From Balanoglossus misakiensis (Eukaryota; Animalia; Hemichordata): a stretch of DNA of 64,000 bases. Under the pieces are notes generated by a model. The model saw nothing but the letters and a program-made list of their open reading frames with translations. It did not search any database and was not told where the DNA came from. Positions 49,958-63,600 of this stretch are shown piece by piece; the first letter of the stretch is position 1, and every line of letters starts with the position of its first letter. The stretch spans positions 418,548 through 482,547 of the forward strand of contig CM082576.2 of NCBI GenBank assembly GCA_040954595.2, in the 5' to 3' direction. Both the position numbers and the translations under genes were made by a program.

Positions 49958-51610
49958 CAATTTTACGACTTTGCCAATTTTCAAAATTTCTTCATATTTT
50001 GAAAAAAATCATGGGTTATAGCTCATGAAAATCATCCAAAAATGACAATTTTTCGACTTTGCCAATTTTCAAAATTTCTTCATTTTTTGAAAAAAATCAT
50101 GGGTTATAGCTCATGAAAATCATCCCAAAATGAGAATTTTTCGACACTGCGAATTTTCAAAATTGCTTCATATTTTGAAAAAAAATCATGGGTTATAGCT
50201 CATGAAAATCATCCAAAAATGACAATTTTTCGACTTTGCGACTTTTCAAAATTTCTTCATTTTTTGTAAAAAATCATGGGTTATAGCTCATGAAAATCAT
50301 CCAAAAATGACAATTTTTCGACTCTGCCAATTTTCAAAATTTCTTCATTTTTTGAAAAAAATCATGGGTTATAGCTCATGAAAATCATCCAAAAATGACA
50401 ATTTTTCGACTTTGCCAATTTTCAAAATTTCTTCATTTTTTGAAAAAAATCATGGGTTATAGCTCATGAAAATCATCCAAAAATGACAATTTTTCGACTT
50501 TGCGAATTTTCAAAATTGCTTCATATTTCGAAAAAAAATCATGGGTTATAGCTCATGAAAATCATCCAAAAATGACAATTTTTCGACTTTGCGACTTTTC
50601 AAAATTTCTTCATTTTTGTAAAAAATCATGGGTTATAGCTCATGAAAATCATCCAAAAATGACAATTTTTCGACTCTGCCAATTTTCAAAATTTCTTCAT
50701 TTTTTGAAAAAAATCATGGGTTATAGCTCATGAAAATCATCCAAAAATGACAATTTTTCGACTTTGCCAATTTTCAAAATTTCTTCATTTTTTGAAAAAA
50801 ATCATGGGTTAAGGCTCATGAAAATCATCCAAAAATGACAATTTTTCGACTTTGCCAATTTTCAAAATTTCTTCATTTTTTGAAAAAAATCATGGGTTAT
50901 AGCTCATGAAAATCATCTCAAAATGACAATTTTTCGACTTTGCCAATTTTCAAAATTTCTTCATTTTTTGAAAAAAATCATGGGTTATAGCTCATGAAAA
51001 TCATCCAAAAATGACAATTTTTCGACTTTGCCAATTTTCAAAATTTCTTCATTTTTTGAAAAAATCATGGGTTATAGCTCATGAAAATCATCCAAAAATG
51101 ACAATTTTTCGACTTTGCCAATTTTCAAAATTTCTTCATTTTTTGAAAAAAATCATGGGTTATAGCTCATGAAAATCATCCAAAAATGACAATTTTTCGA
51201 CTTTGCCAATTTTCAAAATTTCTTCATTTTTTGAAAAAAATCATGGGTTATAGCTCATGAAAATCATCCAAAAATGACAATTTTTCGACTTTGCCAATTT
51301 TCAAAATTGCTTCATTTTTTGAAAAAAATCATGGGTTATAGCTCATGAAAATCATCCAAAAAGTACAATTTTTCGACTTTGCGACTTTTCAAAATTTCTT
51401 CATTTTTTGTAAAAAATCATGGGTTATAGCTCATGAAAATCATCCAAAAATGACAATTTTTCGACTCTGCCAATTTTCAAAATTTCTTCATATTTTGAAA
51501 AAAATCATGGGTTATAGCTCATGAAAATCATCCAAAAATGACAATTTTTCGACTTTGCCAATTTTCAAAATTTCTTCATTTTTTGAAAAAAATCATGGGT
51601 TATAGCTCAT
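49954..51610 (+). repeat. Satellite subfamily A, ~88-bp monomer (…ATGACAATTTTTCGACTTTGCCAATTTTCAAAATTTCTTCATTTTTTG…), ~19 copies
   Basis: Read directly; more heterogeneous than subfamily B. Confidence 0.95.
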
Positions 51611-54600
51611 GAAAATCATCCCAAAATGAGAATTTTTCGACTTTGCGGAATTTCAAAATTTGGCCGATTTTTGAAAAAATCATGGGTTATAGCTCATGAA
51701 AATCATCCCAAAATGAGAATTTTTCGACTTTGCGGAATTTCAAAATTTGGCCGATTTTTGAAAAAATCATGGGTTATAGCTCATGAAAATCATCCCAAAA
51801 TGAGAATTTTTCGACTTTGCGGAATTTCAAAATTTGGCCGATTTTTGAAAAAATCATGGTTTATAGCTCATGAAAATCATCCCAAAATGAGAATTTTTCG
51901 ACTTTGCGGAATTTCAAAATTTGGCCGATTTTTGAAAAAATCATGGGTTATAGCTCTTGAAAATCATCCCAAAATGAGAATTTTTCGACTTTGCGGAATT
52001 TCAAAATTTGGCCGATTTTTGAAAAAATCATGGGTTATAGCTCATGACAATCATCCCAAAATGAGAATTTTTCGACTTTGCGGAATTTCAAAATTTGGCC
52101 GATTTTTGAAAAAATCATGGGTTATAGCTCATGAAAATCATCCCAAAATGAGAATTTTTCGACTTTGCGGAATTTCAAAATTTGGCCGATTTTTGAAAAA
52201 ATCATGGGTTATAGCTCATGAAAATCATCCCAAAATGAGAATTTTTCGACTTTGCGGAATTTCAAAATTTGGCCGATTTTTGAAAAAATCATGGGTTATA
52301 GCTCATGAAAATCATCCCAAAATGAGAATTTTTCGACTTTGCGGAATTTCAAAATTTGGCCGATTTTTGAAAAAATCATGGGTTATAGCTCATGAAAATC
52401 ATCCCAAAATGAGAATTTTTCGACTTTGCGGAATTTCAAAATTTGGCCGATTTTTGAAAAAATCATGGGTTATAGCTCATGAAAATCATCCCAAAATGAG
52501 AATTTTTCGACTTTGCGGAATTTCAAAATTTGGCCGATTTTTGAAAAAATCATGGGTTATAGCTCATGAAAATCATCCCAAAATGAGAATTTTTCGACTT
52601 TGCGGAATTTCAAAATTTGGCCGATTTTTGAAAAAATCATGGGTTATAGCTCATGAAAATCATCCCAAAATGAGCATTTTTCGACTTTGCGGAATTTCAA
52701 AATTTGGCCGATTTTTGAAAAAATCATGGGTTATAGCTCATGAAAATCATCCCAAAATGAGCATTTTTCGACTTTCCGGAATTTCAAAATTTGGCCGATT
52801 TTTGAAAAAATCATGGGTTATAGCTCATGAAAATCATCCCAAAATGAGAATTTTTCGACTTTGCGGAATTTCAAAATTTGGCCGATTTTTGAAAAAATCA
52901 TGGGTTATAGCTCATGAAAATCATCCCAAAATGAGAATTTTTCGACTTTGCGGAATTTCAAAATTTGGCCGACTTTTGAAAAAATCATGGGTTATAGCTC
53001 ATGAAAATCATCCCAAAATGAGAATTTTTCGACATTGCGGAATTTCAAAATTTGGCCGATTTTTGAAAAAATCATGGGTTATAGCTCATGAAAATCATCC
53101 CAAAATGAGAATTTTTCGACTTTGCGGAATTTCAAAATTTGGCCGATTTTTGAAAAAATCATGGGTTATAGCTCATGAAAATCATCCCAAAATGAGAATT
53201 TTTCGACTTTGTGGAATTTCAAAATTTGGCCGATTTTTGAAAAAATCATGGGTTATAGCTCATGAAAATCATCCCAAAATGAGAATTTTTCGACTTTGCG
53301 GAATTTCAAAATTTGGCCGATTTTTGAAAAAATCATGGGTTATAGCTCATGAAAATCATCCCAAAATGAGAATTTTTCGACTTTGCGGAATTTCAAAATT
53401 TGGCCGACTTTTGAAAAAATCATGGGTTATAGCTCATGAAAATCATCCCAAAATGAGAATTTTTCGACTTTGCGGAATTTCAAAATTTGGCCGATTTTTG
53501 AAAAAATCATGGGTTATAGCTCATGAAAATCATCCCAAAATGAGAATTTTTCGACTTTGCGGAATTTCAAAATTTGGCCGATTTTTGAAAAAATCATGGG
53601 TTATAGCTCATGAAAATCATCCCAAAATGAGAATTTTTCGACTTTGTGGAATTTCAAAATTTGGCCGATTTTTGAAAAAATCATGGGTTATAGCTCATGA
53701 AAATCATCCCAAAATGAGAATTTTTCGACTTTGCGGAATTTCAAAATTTGGCCGATTTTTGAAAAAATCATGTGTTATAGCTCATGAAAATCATCCCAAA
53801 ATGAGAATTTTTCGACTTTGCGGAATTTCAAAATTTGGCCGATTTTTGAAAAAATCATGGGTTATAGCTCATGAAAATCATCCCAAAATGAGAATTTTTC
53901 GACTTTGCGGAATTTCAAAATTTGGCCGATTTTTGAAAAAATCATGGGTTATAGCTCATGAAAATCATCCCAAAATGAGAATTTTTCGACTTTGCGGAAT
54001 TTCAAAATTTGGCCGATTTTTGAAAAAATCATGGGTTATAGCTCATGAAAATCATCCCAAAATGAGAATTTCTCGACTTTGCGGAATTTCAAAATTTGGC
54101 CGATTTTGAAAAAATCATGGGTTATAGCTCATGAAAATCATCCCAAAATGAGAATTTCTCGACTTTGCGGAATTTCAAAATTTGGCCGATTTTTGAAAAA
54201 ATCATGGGTTATAGCTCATGAAAATCATCCCAAAATGAGAATTTCTCGACTTTGCGGAATTTCAAAATTTGGCCGATTTTTGAAAAAATCATGGGTTATA
54301 GCTCATGAAAATCATCCCAAAATGAGAATTTTTCGACTTTGCGGAATTTCAAAATTTGGGCCGATTTTTGAAAAAATCATGGGTTATAGCTCATGAAAAT
54401 CATCCCAAAATGAGAATTTTTCGACTTTGCGGAATTTCAAAATTTGGCCGATTTTTGAAAAAATCATGGGTTATAGCTCATGAAAATCATCCCAAAATGA
54501 GAATTTTCGACTTTGCGGAATTTCAAAATTTGGCCGATTTTTGAAAAAATCATGGGTTATAGCTCATGAAAATCATCCCAAAATGAGAATTTTTCGACTT

Positions 54601-57600
54601 TGCGGAATTTCAAAATTTGGCCGATTTTGAAAAAATCATGGGTTATAGCTCTTGAAAATCATCCCAAAATGAGAATTTTTCGACTTTGCGGAATTTCAAA
54701 ATTTGGCCGATTTTGAAAAAATCATGGGTTATAGCTCATGACAATCATCCCAAAATGAGAATTTTTCGACTTTGCGGAATTTCAAAATTTGGCCGATTTT
54801 TGAAAAAATCATGGGTTATAGCTCATGAAAATCATCCCAAAATGAGAATTTTTCGACTTTGCGGAATTTCAAAATTTGGCCGATTTTTGAAAAAATCATG
54901 GGTTATAGCTCATGAAAATCATCCCAAAATGAGAATTTTTCGACTTTGCGGAATTTCAAAATTTGGCCGATTTTTGAAAAAATCATGGGTTATAGCTCAT
55001 GAAAATCATCCCAAAATGAGAATTTTTCGACTTTGCGGAATTTCAAAATTTGGCCGATTTTTGAAAAAATCATGGGTTATAGCTCATGAAAATCATCCCA
55101 AAATGAGAATTTTTCGACTTTGCGGAATTTCAAAATTTGGCCGATTTTTGAAAAAATCATGGGTTATAGCTCATGAAAATCATCCCAAAATGAGAATTTT
55201 TCGACTTTGCGGAATTTCAAAATTTGGCCGATTTTTGAAAAAATCATGGGTTATAGCTCATGAAAATCATCCCAAAATGAGAATTTTTCGACTTTGCGGA
55301 ATTTCAAAATTTGGCCGATTTTTGAAAAAATCATGGGTTATAGCTCATGAAAATCATCCCAAAATGAGCATTTTTCGACTTTGCGGAATTTCAAAATTTG
55401 GCCGATTTTTGAAAAAATCATGGGTTATAGCTCATGAAAATCATCCCAAAATGAGCATTTTTCGACTTTCCGGAATTTCAAAATTTGGCCGATTTTTGAA
55501 AAAATCATGGGTTATAGCTCATGAAAATCATCCCAAAATGAGAATTTTTCGACTTTGCGGAATTTCAAAATTTGGCCGATTTTTGAAAAAATCATGGGTT
55601 ATAGCTCATGAAAATCATCCCAAAATGAGAATTTTTCGACTTTGCGGAATTTCAAAATTTGGCCGACTTTTGAAAAAATCATGGGTTATAGCTCATGAAA
55701 ATCATCCCAAAATGAGAATTTTTCGACATTGCGGAATTTCAAAATTTGGCCGATTTTTGAAAAAATCATGGGTTATAGCTCATGAAAATCATCCCAAAAT
55801 GAGAATTTTTCGACTTTGCGGAATTTCAAAATTTGGCCGATTTTTGAAAAAATCATGGGTTATAGCTCATGAAAATCATCCCAAAATGAGAATTTTTCGA
55901 CTTTGTGGAATTTCAAAATTTGGCCGATTTTTGAAAAAATCATGGGTTATAGCTCATGAAAATCATCCCAAAATGAGAATTTTTCGACTTTGCGGAATTT
56001 CAAAATTTGGCCGATTTTGAAAAAATCATGGGTTATAGCTCATGAAAATCATCCCAAAATGAGAATTTTTCGACTTTGCGGAATTTCAAAATTTGGCCGA
56101 ACTTTTGAAAAAATCATGGGTTATAGCTCATGAAAATCATCCCAAAATGAGAATTTTCGACTTTGCGGAATTTCAAATTTGGCCGATTTTGAAAAAATCA
56201 TGGGTTATAGCTCATGAAAATCATCCCAAAATGAGAATTTTTCGACTTTGCGGAATTTCAAAATTTGGCCGATTTTTGAAAAAATCATGGGTTATAGCTC
56301 ATGAAAATCATCCCAAAATGAGAATTTTTCGAGCATGGGCTGGAATTTCAAAATTTGGCCGATTTTTGAAAAAATCATGGGTTATAGCTCATGAAAATCA
56401 TCCCAAAATGAGAATTTTTCGACTTTGCGGAATTTCAAAATTTGGCCGATTTTTGAAAAAATCATGGGTTATAGCTCATGAAAATCATCCCAAAATGAGA
56501 ATTTTTCGACTTTGCGGAATTTCAAAATTTGGCCGATTTTTGAAAAATCATGGGTTATAGCTCATGAAAATCATCCCAAAATGAGAATTTTTCGACTTTG
56601 CGGAATTTCAAAATTTGGCCGATTTTGAAAAAATCATGGGTTATAGCTCATGAAAATCATCCCAAAATGAGAATTTTTCGACTTTGCGGAATTTCAAAAT
56701 TTGGCCGATTTTTGAAAAATCATGGGTTATAGCTCATGAAAATCATCCCAAAATGAGAATTTCTCGACTTTGCGGAATTTCAAAATTTGGCCGATTTTTG
56801 AAAAAATCATGGGTTATAGCTCATGAAAATCATCCCAAAATGAGAATTTCTCGACTTTGCGGAATTTCAAAATTTGGCCGATTTTTGAAAAAATCATGGG
56901 TTATAGCTCATGAAAATCATCCCAAAATGAGAATTTCTCGACTTTGCGGAATTTCAAAATTTGGCCGATTTTTGAAAAAATCATGGGTTATAGCTCATGA
57001 AAATCATCCCAAAATGAGAATTTTTCGACTTTGCGGAATTTCAAAATTTGGCCGATTTTTGAAAAAAATCATGGGTTATAGCTCATGAAAATCATCCCAA
57101 AATGAGAATTTTTCGACTTTGCGGAATTTCAAAATTTGGCCGATTTTGAAAAAATCATGGGTTATAGCTCATGAAAATCATCCCAAAATGAGAATTTTTC
57201 GACTTTGCGGAATTTCAAAATTTGGCCGATTTTTGAAAAAATCATGGGTTATAGCTCATGAAAATCATCCCAAAATGAGAATTTTTCGACTTTGCGGAAT
57301 TTCAAAATTTGGCCGATTTTTGAAAAAATCATGGGTTATAGCTCATGAAAATCATCCCAAAATGAGAATTTTTCGACTTTGCGGAATTTCAAAATTTGGC
57401 CGATTTTTGAAAAAATCATGGGTTATAGCTCATGAAAATCATCCCAAAATGAGAATTTTTTCGACTTTGCGGAATTTCAAAATTTGGCCGATTTTTGAAA
57501 AAATCATGGGTTATAGCTCATGAAAATCATCCCAAAATGAGAATTTTTCGACTTTGCGGAATTTCAAAATTTGGCCGATTTTTGAAAAAATCATGGGTTA

Positions 57601-60600
57601 TAGCTCATGAAAATCATCCCAAAATGAGAATTTTTCGACTTTGCGGAATTTCAAAATTTGGCCGATTTTTGAAAAAATCATGGGTTATAGCTCATGAAAA
57701 TCATCCCAAAATGAGAATTTTTCGACTTTGCGGAATTTCAAAATTTGGCCGATTTTTGAAAAAATCATGGGTTATAGCTCATGAAAATCATCCCAAAATG
57801 AGAATTTTTCGACTTTGCGGAATTTCAAAATTTGGCCGATTTTTGAAAAAATCATGGGTTATAGCTCATGAAAATCATCCCAAAATGAGAATTTTTCGAC
57901 TTTGCGGAATTTCAAAATTTGGCCGATTTTTGAAAAAATCATGGGTTATAGCTCATGAAAATCATCCCAAAATGAGAATTTTTCGACTTTGCGGAATTTC
58001 AAAATTTGGCCGATTTTTGAAAAAATCATGGGTTATAGCTCATGAAAATCATCCCAAAATGAGAATTTTTCGACTTTGCGGAATTTCAAAATTTGGCCGA
58101 TTTTTGAAAAAATCATGGGTTATAGCTCATGAAAATCATCCCAAAATGAGAATTTTTCGACTTTGCGGAATTTCAAAATTTGGCCGATTTTGAAAAAATC
58201 ATGGGTTATAGCTCATGAAAATCATCCCAAAATGAGAATTTTTCGACTTTGCGGAATTTCAAAATTTGGCCGATTTTTGAAAAAATCATGGGTTATAGCT
58301 CATGAAAATCATCCCAAAATGAGAATTTTTCGACTTTGCGGAATTTCAAAATTTGGCCGATTTTGAAAAAATCATGGGTTATAGCTCATGAAAAATCATC
58401 CCAAAATGAGAATTTTCGACTTTGCGGAATTTCAAAATTGGCCGATTTTTGAAAAAATCATGGGTTATAGCTCATGAAAATCATCCCAAAATGAGAATTT
58501 TTCGACTTTGCGGAATTTCAAAATTTGGCCGATTTTTGAAAAAATCATGGGTTATAGCTCATGAAAATCATCCCAAAATGAGAATTTTTCGACTTTGCGG
58601 AATTTCAAAATTTGGCCGATTTTTGAAAAAATCATGGGTTATAGCTCATGAAAATCATCCCAAAATGAGAATTTTTCGACTTTGCGGAATTTCAAAATTT
58701 GGCCGATTTTTGAAAAAATCATGGGTTATAGCTCATGAAAATCATCCCAAAATGAGAATTTTTCGACTTTGCGGAATTTCAAAATTTGGCCGATTTTTTG
58801 AAAAAATCATGGGTTATAGCTCATGAAAATCATCCCAAAATGAGAATTTTTCGACTTTGCGGAATTTCAAAATTTGGCCGATTTTTTGAAAAAATCATGG
58901 GTTATAGCTCATGAAAATCATCCCAAAATGAGAATTTTCGACTTTGCGGAATTTCAAAATTTGGCCGATTTTTGAAAAAATCATGGGTTATAGCTCATGA
59001 AAATCATCCCAAAATGAGAATTTTTCGACTTTGCGGAATTTCAAAATTTGGCCGATTTTTGAAAAAATCATGGGTTATAGCTCATGAAAATCATCCCAAA
59101 ATGAGAATTTTTCGACTTTGCGGAATTTCAAAATTTGGCCGATTTTTGAAAAAATCATGGGTTATAGCTCATGAAAATCATCCCAAAATGAGAATTTTTC
59201 GACTTTGCGGAATTTCAAAATTTGGCCGATTTTTGAAAAAATCATGGGTTATAGCTCATGAAAATCATCCCAAAATGAGAATTTTTCGACTTTGCGGAAT
59301 TTCAAAATTTGGCCGATTTTTGAAAAAATCATGGGTTATAGCTCATGAAAATCATCCCAAAATGAGAATTTTTCGACTTTGCGGAATTTCAAAATTTGGC
59401 CGATTTTGAAAAAATCATGGGTTATAGCTCATGAAAATCATCCCAAAATGAGAATTTTTCGACTTTGCGGAATTTCAAAATTTGGCCGATTTTTTGAAAA
59501 AATCATGGGTTATAGCTCATGAAAATCATCCCAAAATGAGAATTTTTCGACTTTGCGGAATTTCAAAATTTGGCCGATTTTTGAAAAAATCATGGGTTAT
59601 AGCTCATGAAAATCATCCCAAAATGAGAATTTTTCGACTTTGCGGAATTTCAAAATTTGGCCGATTTTTGAAAAAATCATGGGTTATAGCTCATGAAAAT
59701 CATCCCAAAATGAGAATTTTTCGACTTTGCGGAATTTCAAAATTTGGCCGATTTTTGAAAAAATCATGGGTTATAGCTCATGAAAATCATCCCAAAATGA
59801 GAATTTTTCGACTTTGCGGAATTTCAAAATTTGGCCGATTTTTGAAAAAATCATGGGTTATAGCTCATGAAAATCATCCCAAAATGAGAATTTTTCGACT
59901 TTGCGGAATTTCAAAATTTGGCCGATTTTTGAAAAAATCATGGGTTATAGCTCATGAAAATCATCCCAAAATGAGAATTTTTCGACTTTGCGGAATTTCA
60001 AAATTTGGCCGATTTTGAAAAAATCATGGGTTATAGCTCATGAAAATCATCCCAAAATGAGAATTTTTCGACTTTGCGGAATTTCAAAATTTGGCCGATT
60101 TTTGAAAAAATCATGGGTTATAGCTCATGAAAATCATCCCAAAATGAGAATTTTTCGACTTTGCGGAATTTCAAAATTTGGCCGATTTTGAAAAAATCAT
60201 GGGTTATAGCTCATGAAAATCATCCCAAAATGAGAATTTTTCGACTTTGCGGAATTTCAAAATTTGGCCGATTTTTGAAAAAATCATGGGTTATAGCTCA
60301 TGAAAAATCATCCCAAAATGAGAATTTTTCGACTTTGCGGAATTTCAAAATTTGGCCGATTTTTGAAAAAATCATGGGTTATAGCTCATGAAAATCATCC
60401 CAAAATGAGAATTTTTCGACTTTGCGGAATTTCAAATTTGGCCGATTTTTGAAAAAATCATGGGTTATAGCTCATGAAAATCATCCCAAAATGAGAATTT
60501 TTCGACTTTGCGGAATTTCAAAATTTGGCCGATTTTTGAAAAAATCATGGGTTATAGCTCATGAAAATCATCCCAAAATGAGAATTTTTCGACTTTGCGG

Positions 60601-63600
60601 AATTTCAAAATTTGGCCGATTTTTGAAAAAATCATGGGTTATAGCTCATGAAAATCATCCCAAAATGAGAATTTTTCGACTTTGCGGAATTTCAAAATTT
60701 GGCCGATTTTTGAAAAAATCATGGGTTATAGCTCATGAAAATCATCCCAAAATGAGAATTTTTCGACTTTGCGGAATTTCAAAATTTGGCCGATTTTTGA
60801 AAAAATCATGGGTTATAGCTCATGAAAATCATCCCAAAATGAGAATTTTTCGACTTTGCGGAATTTCAAAATTTGGCCGATTTTTGAAAAATCATGGGTT
60901 ATAGCTCATGAAAATCATCCCAAAATGAGAATTTTTCGACTTTGCGGAATTTCAAAATTTGGCCGATTTTTGAAAAAATCATGGGTTATAGCTCATGAAA
61001 ATCATCCCAAAATGAGAATTTTTCGACTTTGCGGAATTTCAAAATTTGGCCGATTTTTGAAAAAATCATGGGTTATAGCTCATGAAAATCATCCCAAAAT
61101 GAGAATTTTTCGACTTTGCGGAATTTCAAAATTTGGCCGATTTTTGAAAAAATCATGGGTTATAGCTCATGAAAATCATCCCAAAATGAGAATTTTCGAC
61201 TTTGCGGAATTTCAAAATTTGGCCGATTTTTGAAAAAATCATGGGTTATAGCTCATGAAAATCATCCCAAAATGAGAATTTTTCGACTTTGCGGAATTTC
61301 AAAATTTGGCCGATTTTTGAAAAAATCATGGGTTATAGCTCATGAAAATCATCCCAAAATGAGAATTTTTCGACTTTGCGGAATTTCAAAATTTGGCCGA
61401 TTTTTGAAAAAATCATGGGTTATAGCTCATGAAAATCATCCCAAAATGAGAATTTTTCGACTTTGCGGAATTTCAAAATTTGGCCGATTTTTGAAAAAAT
61501 CATGGGTTATAGCTCATGAAAATCATCCCAAAATGAGAATTTTTCGACTTTGCGGAATTTCAAAATTTGGCCGATTTTTGAAAAAATCATGGGTTATAGC
61601 TCATGAAATCATCCCAAAATGAGAATTTTTCGACTTTGCGGAATTTCAAAATTTGGCCGATTTTTGAAAAAATCATGGGTTATAGCTCATGAAAATCATC
61701 CCAAAATGAGAATTTTTCGACTTTGCGGAATTTCAAAATTTGGCCGATTTTTGAAAAAATCATGGGTTATAGCTCATGAAAATCATCCCAAAATGAGAAT
61801 TTTTCGACTTTGCGGAATTTCAAAATTTGGCCGATTTTGAAAAAATCATGGGTTATAGCTCATGAAAATCATCCCAAAATGAGAATTTTTCGACTTTGCG
61901 GAATTTCAAAATTTGGCCGATTTTTGAAAAAATCATGGTTATAGCTCATGAAATCATCCAAAATGAGAATTTTTCGACTTTGCGGAATTTCAAAATTTGG
62001 CCGATTTTTGAAAAATCATGGGTTATAGCTCATGAAAATCATCCCAAAATGAGAATTTTTCGACTTTGCGGAATTTCAAAATTTGGCCGATTTTTGAAAA
62101 AAATCATGGGTTATAGCTCATGAAAATCATCCCAAAATGAGAATTTTTCGACTTTGCGGAATTTCAAAATTGGCCGATTTTTGAAAAAATCATGGGTTAT
62201 AGCTCATGAAAATCATCCCAAAATGAGAATTTTTCGACTTTGCGGAATTTCAAAATTTGGCCGATTTTTGAAAAAATCATGGGTTATAGCTCATGAAAAT
62301 CATCCCAAAATGAGAATTTTTCGACTTTGCGGAATTTCAAAATTTGGCCGATTTTTGAAAAAATCATGGGTTATAGCTCATGAAAATCATCCCAAAATGA
62401 GAATTTTTCGACTTTGCGGAATTCAAAATTTGGCCGATTTTTGAAAAATCATGGGTTATAGCTCATGAAAATCATCCCAAAATGAGAATTTTCGACTTGC
62501 GAATTTCAAAATTTGGCCGATTTTTGAAAAAATCATGGGTTATAGCTCATGAAAATCATCCCAAAATGAGAATTTTTCGACTTTGCGGAATTTCAAAATT
62601 TGGCCGATTTTTGAAAAAAATCATGGGTTATAGCTCATGAAAATCATCCCAAAATGAGAAATTTTTCGACTTTGCGGAATTTCAAAATTTGGCCGATTTT
62701 TGAAAAAAATCATGGGTTATAGCTCATGAAAATCATCCCAAAATGAGAATTTTTCGACTTTGCGGAATTTCAAAATTTGGCCGATTTTTGAAAAAATCAT
62801 GGGTTATAGCTCATGAAAATCATCCCAAAATGAGAATTTTTCGACTTTGCGGAATTTCAAAATTTGGCCGATTTTTGAAAAATCATGGGTTATAGCTCAT
62901 GAAAATCATCCCAAAATGAGAATTTTTCGACTTTGCGGAATTTCAAAATTTGGCCGATTTTTGAAAAAATCATGGGTTATAGCTCATGAAAATCATCCCA
63001 AAATGAGAATTTTTCGACTTTGCGGAATTTCAAAATTTGGCCGATTTTTGAAAAAATCATGGGTTATAGCTCATGAAAATCATCCCAAAATGAGAATTTT
63101 TCGACTTTGCGGAATTTCAAATTTGGCCGATTTTTGAAAAAATCATGGGTTATAGCTCATGAAAATCATCCCAAAATGAGAATTTTTCGACTTTGCGGAA
63201 TTTCAAAATTGGCCGATTTTTGAAAAAATCATGGGTTATAGCTCATGAAAATCATCCAAAATGAGAATTTTTCGACTTTGCGGAATTTCAAAATTTGGCC
63301 GATTTTTGAAAAAATCATGGGTTATAGCTCATGAAAATCATCCCAAAATGAGAATTTTTCGACTTTGCGGAATTCAAAATTTGGCCGATTTTTGAAAAAA
63401 ATCATGGGTATAGCTCATGAAAATCATCCCAAAATGAGAATTTTTCGACTTTGCGGAATTTCAAAATTTGGCCGATTTTTGAAAAAATCATGGGTTATAG
63501 CTCATGAAATCATCCCAAAATGAGAATTTTTCGACTTTGCGGAATTTCAAAATTTGGCCGATTTTTGAAAAAATCATGGGTTATAGCTCATGAAAATCAT

